Below, piece after piece: positions 23,233 to 37,387 of a DNA stretch of 64,000 nt (positions are counted from its first letter, which is position 1; the number at the start of each line of letters is the position of its first letter). Source of the stretch: Octopus sinensis (Eukaryota); the NCBI RefSeq assembly GCF_006345805.1, contig NC_043002.1, forward strand, positions 76,632,001 to 76,696,000. Direction: 5' to 3'. A program made the position numbers and the translations under genes. The notes beneath the pieces were generated by a model that searched no databases, was not told the DNA's origin, and was given only the letters and a program-made list of their open reading frames with translations.

Positions 23233-23460
23233 GACGGAGCTGGCAGAAACGTTAGCACTCCGGGCGAAATGCTTAGCGGTATTGCGTCTGTCGTTGCGTT
23301 CTGAGTTCAAATTCCGCCGAGGTCGACTTTGCCTTTCATCCTTTCGAGGTCGATAAATTAAGTACCAGTTACGCACTGGGGTCGATGTAATCGACTTTAT
23401 CCGTTTGTCCTTGTTTGTCCCCTCTATGTTTAGCCCCACCCCGTGGGCAATAAAGAAACA
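23233..23460 (+). mobile_element. tRNA-derived SINE family B (central GTCGACTTTGCCTTTCATCCTTTCG domain), full copy
   Basis: Head GAGCTGGCAGAAACGTTAGC, B-box-like GAGTTCAAATTCC, tail AATAAAGAAA. The central domain resembles Meta/MESC-type SINE domains (tentative). Confidence 0.85.
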
Positions 23461-23754
23461 GATAAGAAACAGATAATGAAGGAATTACTATAAAGATGGC
23501 GGTAGTGATGATGCTGGAGCTAAAAAAAAAAATAATAAAAAATAAACAGTGACTCTTTCTTTCTAATGGCGGCGGAGGTGATTGTGAGAACCGAAGAGTT
23601 CTGTCCAAGACGTTAGATATCCCTGCCTCCTCTTGGAATAAAACATATTCCACTGTTCGTATTATTATTGCCAACGGAAAACGTCCACCAACATTCTAGT
23701 TTCCAACTATTCTACTGTTTGATATATTTATCTCTCTACTTCTATCTATCAAAT

Positions 23755-24235
23755 CTATATCTATCTGCCTGTCTAATCTATATCTGTCTGCTGTCTAATC
23801 TATATCTGTCTGGCTGTCTAATCTATATCTATCCGCCTGTCTAATCTATATCTATCCGCCTGTCTAATCTATATCTATCCGCCTGTCTAATCTATATCTA
23901 TCCGCTTGTCTAATCTATATCTATCTGCTTGTCTAATCTATATCTATCCGGCTGTCTAATCTATATCTGTCTCGCTGTCTAATCTATATCTGTCTGGTTG
24001 TCTAATCTATATCTGTCTGGCTGTCTAATCTATATCTGCCTGGCTGTCTAATCTATATCTGTCTGCCTGTCTAATCTATATGTCTGCCTGTCTAATCTAT
24101 ATATGTCTGCCTGTCTAATCTATATCTATCTGTCTGGCTGTCTAATCTATATCTATCTCTGTCTTATCTATATCTGTCTGTCTAACCTATATCTATGTGT
24201 CTGTCTAATCTATGCCTGTCTAATCTATATCTATC
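23755..24235. repeat. 23-bp minisatellite (GTCTAATCTATATCT(A/G)TC(C/T)G(C/G)CT), ~20 units
   Basis: Visible directly. Confidence 0.9.
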
Positions 24236-24280
24236 ATCCATTTCTGCCTATCGATCTCTCTCTTTATATATATATATGTG

Positions 24281-24362
<82 letters not shown>

Positions 24363-25030
24363 GATTGTGTGCACAGGTTTTTGCATGTATGGATTTGTGT
24401 ATGCATATACATACTTATATACATGTATGTATGTATGGATGTGTGTGTCTGATAATTACCCTATGTCAACCATGTTCGAGCAGACAATGATCAAAGGCAT
24501 TCCAGCTGTGACCATCGTGGTTCACTCTTAAAAAAAACAAAAGAAATTGGTTGCTATTTTTAGCATTTTGAGCGACCATTTAGTTACCGCTTCTGTGGCT
24601 CGAGGGTTAAGTCGTGTCCATGAGTTATGGTGTGTGCACAGAGGGTGTGGGGAGACTGAGGTGGTAGTAAAACAACAGGTTGTTGACATCGCTCACAGCT
24701 GAGACGACACAGCTGACAAAACTGGGAAATAGCCGTGACAGTTACATTTTCTTTACACGTACATATTTTGACACTTAGGGAGCTTCTATGTGGTTATTTG
24801 ATATGCTAAAAATAGAAACCAAATTCCCTTAAATGACGTTATACAAAGGAAAAAGGAAGAAGTACGTCTACATTATGGCTTGTCTTATATATTCTAAAAA
24901 GACAAGATGGTCTCAGTTGAAATGTTTATGATTAGAGGCCTGTTTTACCAGATCTGATTTTGGGTTAAACATTAGATCCGGTCGTACACAGATGCACAGT
25001 AACAGCTGCATCCTGTGACATGGTTGTACA

Positions 25031-25396
25031 GAGTGACACAGCTCGCATACTGCGACATAGTTTATATAATGTAACACAGCTGTATGTTGTGACAATGGTT
25101 GTCACCGCATATGTATAAGTACGTCTGTCACTGGGTGTACGTGTGACATAGTTGCCTGGTGTGACAACGGTTGTATTGTGTGACACAGCTTCATACTGTG
25201 ACATGGTTGTATAGAGTGACACAGCTCGCATACTGCAACATACTTTATATAATGTAACACAGCTGTATGTTGTGACAATGGTTGTCACTGCATATGTATA
25301 AGTACGTCTGTCACTGGGTGTACGTGTGACATAGTTGCCTGGTGTGACAACGGTTGTATTGTGTGACACAGCTTCATACTGTAACATGGTTGTTGT
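25031..25396. repeat. 183-bp tandem duplication within a GTGACA-rich array
   Basis: GAGTGACACAGCTCGCATAC starts at 25031 and 25214. Minus-strand ORF 24965..25549 shows a 61-aa repeat. Confidence 0.9.
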
Positions 25397-26444
25397 ATGC
25401 TGTGATACCGATGTATGTTGTAACGTGGTTGTATAGTAGCACAGTTGCATGTCGCGACGTGTTTGTTTAGTGTGACAGAGAACTACGTGCTGTGACAACG
25501 ACTGTATAGTGTGACACAACTGGCAGCATATTATAGACACGGTTGTCATGACGTGTGTATGAGTTTGTCACTATGAGTGAGTACGTGTGACACAGTTGCA
25601 CGTTGTCTATCAAAACGATTGTATTGTGTAACATAGCTTCATTCTGTGATACTATTGCATGGTGTGACAGTTTTATGTAGTGACACAGCAAAAGATACTT
25701 ACATAGTCTCACAACCCGTCTCTTACACTCTCTCTCTCTCTCTCTCTCTGACACAAGCACCCCCTCTTTCACTCACCTCTCTTTGTTACTTTCTCATACA
25801 CATACTCTCACACATGCACGGCCTCTTAATAAATCAATCAGTCACACGCACACAGTTACATAAACCCACCCACTATCACACAGACACAGACAGAGGTACA
25901 TCTCTCTCACTCACACGCACGTACAGTAACAGTTCCATAGATACGGTGTGTGACAATAATCGAGTTACATGGAAACACACACACACAGCTACGTAGACAT
26001 GTCACAAGAACACTAGCAATTACATACAAACTTGTCACGTATACACAGTGACAGCTACATATACAGTTACACACACGCACACACATACAGTCACAGAATC
26101 AGATTAATACTTATAGATGCCTTTAGTCTAAAACACGGATGAACTCAGACGTACATGCATTTAGTAACGGGCGTCCTCACACATACTGTGTGACTAATGC
26201 ACACACAGGCACAGTAACTAATATACATACACACGTAGTAAATGATGTGCACATGTATATACACACTCACACACGATCATATACATGTTATCTGAACTTG
26301 ACTGACGGGTAGGGAGAATAGTTGTGACACAAGTTCCGTCTGTCTGTCTGTCCTCCTCTCTCTCTTTCTCTCTCACACGCATACATACGTGTACAGTAAG
26401 ATGCTCTTACATAGCGATATATATATATAATATATATATATATC

Positions 26445-26837
26445 TTTTTCACTCTTTTACTTGTTTCAGTCATTTGACTGCGGCCACGCTGGAGTACCGC
26501 CTTTAGTCGAGCAAATCGACCTCAGGACTTGTTCTTTGTAAGCCTAGTACTTATCCTATCGGTCTCTTTTGCCGAACTGCAAAAGTTACGGGGACGTAAA
26601 CATACCAGCATCGGTTGTCAAGCGATGTTGGGGATGGGGACAAACACACACATATATATATATACATATATACGATGGGCTTCTTTCAGTTTCCGTCTAC
26701 CAAATCCACTTACAAGGCTTTGGTCGGCCCAAGGCTATAGTACCAAGACATTTGCCCAAGGTGCCACGCAGTGGGACTGAACCCGGAACCATGTGGTTGG
26801 TAAGCAAGCTACTTACCACACAGCCACACCTGCACCT
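26445..26837 (-). mobile_element. SINE family A copy
   Basis: Reverse-complement homology. Its head abuts the giant (TA)n array. Confidence 0.85.
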
Positions 26838-28400
<1,563 letters not shown>

Positions 28401-28519
28401 GAAACATACACCCCCAGTACCTGACAAAAAATGTTCGGCACAGTCAAATACAGCGACATACAAACAGTACCACAATCACCATACAGTAACACAAACTCAT
28501 TTTTACAACAGACGCAAAT

Positions 28520-28670
28520 TTTCAAATGCTTAGCTATTTCTCTTCTACGTTTGTGAGTTCAAATTACGCCTTCCATGCTTTTTCATCCTTAGGGTTCGAT
28601 AAATTAAGTACCAGTTACGCACTGGGCGATTTAATCGCTAATACCGTCGGCCCGTGTACTGTGGCCAATA
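28520..28670 (+). mobile_element. SINE family B copy with many small deletions
   Basis: GAGTTCAAATTACGCC...GATAAATTAAGTACCAGTTACGCACTGGGCG. Confidence 0.6.
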
Positions 28671-30008
28671 AAGTCAATACATACAAACACAGTACTACCA
28701 TAATCACACACACACAAATCATTAATATACGCACATTGAAGACTATAGTCATATACAACCAGTGTTATAATCAATCACACACAATTATTATGATCATACA
28801 TACTGACTTCACAGTGCTATAATCACACGCACACACACAATGAGCCAGTGAGAGAGCTTTTACACGATTGCTCGACCTACAAGAAGTAGCAGCCAAACTC
28901 CCGCAAATGAGCATTATTGTCTTTTGAAAACGAATACGTTGGACACTGTAGTCTCTGATATACAAGACGAGATGGCCGTGGATAGATTGCCTTTAATCAC
29001 ACACACACGCTGGCGCGATTGACTGACTAGAGGCTAGACAATAACTGGCACCACACACACACACACACACGCGCGCGCGCGCAGAGTGACAGCGCTATAA
29101 TAGGGAACCACAACGTTTGCAAGTCCCACGGTGTTCCACTGAAAAGTATAGCGTCACACATACATGCACTCATACAAACAACGACAGCGAGATACATGTG
29201 TATATATTGACACAGACTCGTATGCCGAACAACAGCGATACAAGTACACACAGCGTCGCATACAATGAAACCACAGCATGAGAGAGAGGGATACATACAT
29301 AGAAATATAGATAGATATGGATAGATATAGATACATACCTACAGACAAAACACAGATACATGCATACAGTGAGACAGACAGAGCCTAGCTTAATTAGAGC
29401 TAGCTAGCTAGCTAGATAGATAGAGAAGAGTGTCTGTCCCACAGCGCCGCACACACGCACAGTTCCAATACTTACTATATTCGCACAGAGAAAAGCCACA
29501 GCGTCACATATACATATCCATAGCAATACAAACGCACATATTATCACAGTATCACACACACATACAACACTATTGGATAATAATACTTAGATACAAAATG
29601 CCTGCAAAAACATAATAAAAAAAAACAAAAAAAACAAAACCACCAGATGGTCACAGCTGGAGTGTCTTTGAGCAAAGATCTGCTCTAATAGGGTTGATTT
29701 GCAGAGAAACTACAATAACGGAGTATTACACACACGCACAACCACGCGCGCGCACACAAACACACACACACACACGCACTTACAAACGGCGGGGACTTTT
29801 ATCCTTCGTCACTGAATTTAATTCCCTCAAATCACACTTAAATATCTTTTTTAGAAAGTCATAATCGAACAAGTAGACGTAAGATATGTTTTATATGAAC
29901 AGGCTGGGTTGTCGTGGTTGGTACGCCTTTGATTCTAAAGCCTGTCAAATCAAGGCTTGACCTGGGGTTAAAAACAGTAACGTGCAAATTCTCACGAGCA
30001 GCCACTTT

Positions 30009-30044
<36 letters not shown>

Positions 30045-30501
30045 ATGGTTACACATGCACACACTCATTAACGTACAAGCATACATACACACCAGGCCTG
30101 ATAGCTATACAGACGAACACACAGACACAGAGCGGCATATAATAGACACACACGCATCAAAGCTAATAAACTGGTACACACACGTATTAATGTGATAGCA
30201 TAGCTGTGCGTGTGTGTGGTGTATGTGTGTGTATTATATATGTGTGTGTGTGTGTCTGTAAAACGCATTTACTATATGTACTTGTGTGTATTTGTGTATG
30301 TTACTATATGTATACATATGTACATGTAAATAACGTCTGTGTATGTATGTATATATAACACTTAGATATGTGTGTGCGTGTGTCGGTTACTTTATGTATA
30401 CATATCTACGTATAAATAAATGTTTATACATATGTGTGTATACATCTCTCTCTCTCTCTCTCTCTGTATGTATGTATCTAATATATATATATGTATTTGT
30501 C

Positions 30502-30534
<33 letters not shown>

Positions 30535-30542
30535 TATATATA

Positions 30543-30575
<33 letters not shown>

Positions 30576-30770
30576 TTACGCATGTGTGTAGCCGCTAAAG
30601 TCTACAGAAACAGACGCACTCAGTCATGCTCGCATACAGACGGAGAATGATGAGGTGAGAGGGAAGAAGGGGAAGTTATGAGATGAGGGCGGCGACGGTG
30701 ACGGTGACGGTGGTGGTAGTAGTGCCCGATACGGAGGAAGGGAGGGAGGTAAATAGCGAGCGAGCGAGGA

Positions 30771-30794
30771 GGGAGGGAGGGAGGGAGGGAGGGA
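30771..30794 (+). repeat. (GGGA)6 tract, potential G-quadruplex
   Basis: Six consecutive GGG runs with 1-nt loops. Confidence 0.6.
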
Positions 30795-30935
30795 GAATGA
30801 GGATGTCGAGGGGAGAGATTGCAAATAAAATCGTTGAACAAGCAAGGCGAAACGAAACATACACACACATATACATACATATACATACACACATATATAT
30901 GTACACACCGACATATACGTGCATGTTATGTATAC

Positions 30936-30966
<31 letters not shown>

Positions 30967-31077
30967 GTTTATGTATACGTATTTAATGTCACCCACATGT
31001 GTGTATCACACGTTGATATATATATCTTATGTATATACATGTACACACACACATACACATATGCATGTGAGTATGTT

Positions 31078-31112
<35 letters not shown>

Positions 31113-31274
31113 ATATATATATATATATATATACGTATATATATGTGTGTGTACACATTAAAAGCTGTGGTAGATTATGTAGTAAGGGAGGTAGAGGAGG
31201 TAGTGGTGGAGACGACGACGATGATGTTTAAACAGTTGTAGTTATGAGCCGAAGACGAAAAGCAAAAGGAAGCC

Positions 31275-31415
31275 GAAAAACTCCGCCCACTCATCATTGA
31301 TGGCTTTTGCTCTGCCTACTTCGCTCCTTGTCAGTGTTCGAAAAAGCACGTGCTTTTGATTGACAGCTACAACGCCGACCAATGAGCGATGAGGAATTCA
31401 CTTCACAGGCGGCCA
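31275..31415 (+). promoter_or_regulatory. Distal promoter/enhancer-like module (GC box, E-box palindrome, TGATTGACAG, CCAAT)
   Basis: CTCCGCCCA 31281-31289, AAAAGCACGTGCTTTT 31342-31357, TGATTGACAG 31357-31366, CCAAT 31379-31383. Confidence 0.5.
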
Positions 31416-31894
31416 GTACTAGAGAGAGAGGGAAAGAGTAAGAAGTGTAAAGAGATATGGAAAGCGATTGATAGATAGAGGGATAAAGAGAGAGATTGAG
31501 GGGGAAATGGAAAGAGTAAACATGCTCCATTTGAAAAGCTGTAAATAGTTGCCAGTGCTGTCTTAACAGAGAGAAAGAGTGCGAGAGTGACAGACAGATA
31601 CTTAATAGCTAGAGAGAGAAAGATAGTGAAAGACAGAGAGTCAAGCTAGTGAGAGAGAGAGAGACTGTTAGAGAGGGCAATGTAAGATACGGAGAGAGTG
31701 TTAGATAGAGTAAAGAGAGCATTGCCCTTCCCTCACAACATCTCGAGATGCCGTAGAAATTTGACACTGAAGTATGGATGCCTCTGGAAAATATAAGAAC
31801 TTTAATTACCTTTTTGAAGCCGGACTGTGTGTGTGTGCGTATGTACGTGTGTATGCGTGAACACATACACACATATATATATATAATGCTTGTA

Positions 31895-31928
<34 letters not shown>

Positions 31929-34339
31929 CTAAAAGATTGAGGAGCAGCGAATGATTGTGTTGTGTGTGTGTGTGAATAAGATGGAGAACATGTACACATA
32001 TAAATGCATATCTATGTAGATTTATTTTAACACACACACACATAGCCATGTACACATAAAGGTGTCTACACACACGCACACACACACACACACACACACA
32101 TATATAGATTCTTGATGGAAACAGAAATGAACAGATTTTTAAGGTTGTAGTGAAAAGCTAACAGCGACGAGAACGTACATATATGCATATAGATGTGTGG
32201 TGTGTGTATATATATATGTATATATGTATATATATATATATATGTGTGTGTGTGTTTAAGGGATGGTGACGTTCAGGGTGGGGTAGGGGGGCCATAATTT
32301 ATTTATTTATTTTTTTGGAGGACAATTCTTGTTTCTCGGAGTAGCATTTTTTGGATCGTGTTTGAAGAGTAGAGAAAAGACCCGCCTTAGCAAATTCTGT
32401 TGTCTATTTGTCTAATACAGCGATATATATATATATATGTAATATGTATATATATATATAATACAGTGTGTATATATATAAATACACACACTGTGAGTGT
32501 GCTCAATTAAATATATATATATATAAGCGTATATGTGTATGTGCACACACGCACATCTGTGAACGCACGCGCGTTTGTGCACACCCGCACGACGAACGAG
32601 CGCGCGCACACGCACGCACACACATACACATACTCACACGTATACATACAGGCAATTGTGTTGTTTTACATGCAAGTAAAGTAGGTGGCCCCACTCTTGT
32701 GTCTATATATTTCCTCTCACTCTCTTAAAAATACATACAATAACAACAAGCTTCATAGCAATCGGAGAATAAGAAAGCCATTACACACACACACAAGTAT
32801 ACACACATATACATACAGTCATATGTGTACATAGATTATAATTTAAATGAAATAAAATACATTTTTGTATTTTTATTCTTCTGTTGTCCCCCCCTTTCCG
32901 ATATATATATATTTTTTCCCATTTTTATTTAGATTTCTCTTTTTGTGGTTGTATTTTTTTTTGGCATTTTTCTTCTTTAAAAGTCTTCAACCGTTTTATT
33001 TTATTTCTATTTGTTTATATTTATTTACATATTCATTTATATATACATTTTTTCGAAAAATTCTATCTTTATTTTTTTCATTATGTGTGTGTGTGTATAT
33101 GTGTGTGTTCAATTGTGTGTATGTATGTGTATGTATATATATATATATATATATATACACATACACACTCCCTGTCTCCATTCTTCACCTTTTGTATAAT
33201 TAAATAATTTCAGCGTTAAAGGAAATACGCTTGGCTGTATAACATGTATGAGAGAACAGTATATATACATATATATATATATATAGCGATATGTGTATAA
33301 TAGAGAGAGATAACGTGGGTATATATATATATGTGTATTGAGAGAGAGCGAGAAATAGAAAGATGTATGGTTGTGTGCATTAAGTGTATATGTATAGTAA
33401 ACATATACACACACACACACACACATATAATCGCTGAAGCACTCACTCGTATGTATATGCTTGTGTAATTGTATATGTACGTGTGTGTGTGTGTATGTGT
33501 GTGTCAATACACATAAGAGACCATTCCCAGCCAATCTGCCATAGACAGCTTCGTATTAAATCTGTGAAAGTATGTGATCGTTCGTCTATCTATTTATATG
33601 TATGTGTACATATACGTGTCTATGTGAGTGGATATATATGTATGTGTGTGTGTGTGTGTCTTTTTCTATATCTTTCTATTTACATGTGTATGTGTACATA
33701 TGTATGTAGGCACGGAAATGAGTTAGCATCACTACCTCCGTCTACACTATCTACCTATCTATTAACTTCTCTCTCTCTCCCTCGGTTCTGTTTGTATTTT
33801 TCTTTGTCTCTCTCTCTCTCGCTCTCACGCTATATCGCCTCCCTTCCTCTCTCGTTCGACATATATCACCTCCCTTCCTTTCTCTCTCGCCATATATTGC
33901 CTCCCTTCCTCTCTCATTCTCTCACTACTTGTGTGTATGTATATATATGTATATGTCAATGTTTGTGTATGTCGCTGTAACAGTTTCCTAAGTACGGTAG
34001 CACTGTAATAGCCAAAGCGGTGCAAAAGAAAGAAAACCTACTTCCCTCTCTTCTCCTTCCCTTCCTTTCTCTCTCTCATTTCTTCCCTCTCTTCCTCTCT
34101 CCACCTCCTTTACAATATCATTACTAGGCTCTTCTCTTCTTTTACTGTGGCGAATGGGAGGAGGCGTGTTTCTGCTTGCTTTGTCTCCCTACCTCTCACA
34201 ATATCTATGCATCTATCTACTTTCACTCCCTTCCCACAAGTCTTCACATTGCCTTTCCATTTCCGTCGTTTCCGCCTTTCCTCCCTTCCTTCGTCAGTCG
34301 TAACGAGTAGGCGCGTCCGTCGGTTCGTCATTTCGCCCG

Positions 34340-34560
34340 TTAGCCATGATTGACAGGCAATTCTTTCACGTGGAGCGCTAATGTATGCACACTGTCTGAG
34401 AGCGGCTGCGATCTGACTGGTCAAGAGGTTAAGTACCTGTGCATACTTAATGAGGCCACGTGGGGAGGGGTGCCCTCTTCAGTCGATTGCAGTGTTTGTT
34501 GATAGGGCCAATCAGTTGTTTCCCATATATGGGAAGTATATTGTTACTCAGAACTAATAC
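34340..34560 (+). promoter_or_regulatory. Proximal promoter-like module of groucho (TGATTGACAG, two CACGTG E-boxes, CCAAT, CArG)
   Basis: TGATTGACAG 34347-34356, CACGTG 34367-34372 and 34457-34462, CCAAT 34508-34512, CCATATATGG 34523-34532. Non-repetitive and CpG-retaining, about 1.1 kb upstream of the ATG. Confidence 0.6.
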
Positions 34561-35423
34561 CGCGTGTTGAATATTATACTGTGTGTGGCACCTTAACTGC
34601 GTGCTACAGTTTAACCAACTCCGCTAGTGTGGAAATTGGCGATACTTTTTTCTCTCTCACTCACTCGTTTCACTGCGAAAATCGGATTTTACTCGGAAAA
34701 AACAAAAGATTTGAGAGGAAAGAAGACCACCACCACTAAAAAAAAAGTTTACAAATTATATATTTTTTACCAAAAAAAATTATGTAATATATATATATAT
34801 ACACACACACAAACACATCTACCTACTTACACACATATACATACATATATATATTAATTTATATGGTTATGTATTTACATCATATAATAGCTTTATAGTC
34901 TCAAAAAAAAAGGAAGTGTAATTAATTACATATATTTGTATATATATAAATATATTTCCTTCCAACGACGATTACAACATCAATTATTTTCATATTTTTC
35001 TTTCCTTTTTCTTTATTTGTTTTTTCAACAACCTTATAAATCGTTTTTTTTTTTTTTTCAATCCACACCATAAATTTCGGAAATGCATTTTACACAGACT
35101 TTTCAGTTCGTTTATACAGCAATCGCTGCTATATATATAAGATAAATATATATGTATGTATCGTATATATTTATCTAATATTTAAGCCCTCTGGAGTTTA
35201 CCTTTTATTTCGTGCGTGTCCTGATCTCTGTGCTTTTTATTTATTTTTTTATTATATTTTTTACTTTTTTACTTTTTTTTTCTTAAATTCGAAAGTTCCG
35301 GATATTTTAAAAAAAAGAAGTTACACCTTTAAATAATACATATATATTAAAGAATTCAACCGGATAAAGAAATTCTAAAAAGGAAAGGATATATATTTAT
35401 TCAAAGCTCATATATATATATAT

Positions 35424-35456
<33 letters not shown>

Positions 35457-35483
35457 GTTCTCGATAACAAGAAGCTCGTTAGG

Positions 35484-35513
35484 ATGGGCTGGCGTACCTT
35501 GGACGAGCTGTGA
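35484..35513 (+). other. uORF1 (MGWRTLDEL*) in the putative groucho 5' leader
   Basis: AGG-ATG-G strong context, stop TGA 35511-35513. Inclusion in the mRNA is assumed. Confidence 0.4.
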
Positions 35514-35639
35514 AACCGCGGGAGAGGAGAGGAAGGAGACTCGTTCGAACGACGACCCAGAAGGAATTTAACTGGGCCGACATAAAAAAAAAATTTTTGT
35601 TGAAATAATCATTTACGTATTCCCACAAAAACGGATTGT

Positions 35640-35657
35640 ATGTGGTATATTGACTAA
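35640..35657 (+). other. uORF2 (MWYID*) ending 12 nt before the groucho ATG
   Basis: ATG TGG TAT ATT GAC TAA. Confidence 0.4.
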
Positions 35658-35669
35658 ATATTTACCAAT

Positions 35670-35690
35670 ATGTATCCAAACCGGCATCCT
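35670..35690 (+). CDS. gro: groucho/TLE corepressor, coding exon 1 (MYPNRHP)
   Basis: ATG TAT CCA AAC CGG CAT CCT followed by donor GTAAGT at 35691. It resembles the Groucho/TLE N-terminus (MYPSPVRHP, MFPQSRHP) and splices in phase 0 to exon 2. Confidence 0.88.
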
Positions 35691-36784
35691 GTAAGTGTTC
35701 ATTTTTTTTGTAATTGTGTCTTAATTTGTTTTACCATGTCGTGTGATTGTGAACCTTTATTTCATTTAATATACACATATATATCTAAATGTGTGTGTGT
35801 GTGAGTGTGTATACAAACATTAGACTGATAACAAAGTCCAGTGTATATACAACTTTAACTGTTATACTTAATACACTAATTAATTTAATTGCCGGGTTTT
35901 TGGTTTGTTCAGAACCTAATTTCACATAATATTATCGAGTTTGTTTCCCCCCTGGTAATTTTTATATATATATATATTTCTCAAGTTTGTGTAAAAATAA
36001 CTTTCCTCTCCTAAAATTTCTCCCTTTTTTTTTTAAAATACATAAACCTACAACCATGATTTACGGATATATGGATAGGTATAGATAGATATATTGTACG
36101 ATTTAAATTGCATGACATAACGAGTGTTTAGAACTCCATGTGAATCATATATATATATATATATATATAAACAGAAAACTGAAGAGAAGTGTATATAATC
36201 CAAGTTTCCTATTTACTAATCTCCTTACAACGATCACAAATGTGTGTGCGTACTAATATATATACACGCACACATTGATCTAACTATTTGTACTGTCTGT
36301 TAAGTTGTGCCCTTTATTTTCCGTTCGTCTCTGTGAATGAGCACTACATTGTGTGTGTGTGTGTGTGTCCCTCAATGTATGGAGCTATGGTGAAGGCCTC
36401 GTGCCCCATTTCAGGAAATCCATTTTCAGTCCACATGCTTCTTCTCTTGTCTCTCTCTCTCTCCCTTTCTCGTTCGCTTCCCTCTATCTTTTAAAATAAG
36501 TTGATGACCACATGCTGAAACTTGGGAGATTATTCAGAAAAGTAGGTCCTCGCACGCTCCTTCTTTCTCTCATATAATCCTTAAAGTCTACACATGTTCA
36601 CGTGCGTGTGTGTATGGATATATGACGAAGATATACATACATTTTTTTCTTAAAGCTTCCTGTAGTTTTCGACGTCTTTTAACTTTTGTGTTGGGGAGTT
36701 CTGTTTGTAGTAATTACACAATAAAAATTTTAATTAATCATTAAGTTTCTTCTACACCACTATCATCATCATCACTTATTATCG

Positions 36785-37063
36785 AATCCCATCGAGGTCA
36801 ACTTTACCGTTTATTCCTCGCGGGGTCTTTAAAATAAAGTACCAATCAAGTCACTACACAGTCGATGTTATCGACCAACTCCATTTCCTCAAAAACTGCT
36901 TGGCCTTTTTGCCTTATTATTATTATTAGTTGAAATTCCGCCGAGGTCAACTTTTCCTGTAATCCTTTCGGGGTCGATAAAATAAAGTACCAGTTGAACA
37001 CTGGGATCGATGTAACCGGCTTAGTCCTCTGCCCCCAACATTTCAGCCTTGTGTCTATCATTA
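36785..37063 (+). mobile_element. Two partial SINE family B copies in groucho intron 1
   Basis: GAGGTCAACTTT...AAAATAAAGTACCA occurs twice. Confidence 0.7.
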
Positions 37064-37387
37064 GAAAGAGGGTTATTAATTATTATTATAACTCCACAAA
37101 TAATATTCGAACAGTTTCCCCATTTCTCTCTTCCCACTTTATACGAAGTTTTAAATAATCTTAACAGCGGATAATGTGTGTGTGGTGACTAAGTTAATTG
37201 TAAATACACATAGGACGAATAAATAGTTGATTACACTTAGCCATTCCATTGACTAATTAATCTCTGCATATTCTATTGTTTCTTTCACCTACCCATCATC
37301 ACCCCCCTTTTTTTATTGTTTAACTTTAAGTGTGTGTGTGCAAGTGTATTTAGTGTGTTGTGTGTAAATATTTTCCTATCTTTTTAG

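Noticed and set aside
6850-25400. Regularly spaced repeats that could be mistaken for CRISPR arrays
   Set aside because: The units are contiguous with no unique spacers, and the context is eukaryotic with no cas genes.
24965-25549. 194-aa Thr-rich minus-strand ORF with a 61-aa repeat
   Set aside because: Explained by the 183-bp DNA duplication. No splice signals or recognisable domain.
34255-34300. Minus-strand CTGACGA...GAAA as a further hammerhead
   Set aside because: The intervening sequence is purine-only and cannot form helix II.
35500-35525. GGACGAGCTGTGAAACCGCGG as a hammerhead-like motif in the groucho leader
   Set aside because: The core box is wrong (UGGACGA), there is no helix II, and there is no UH triplet.
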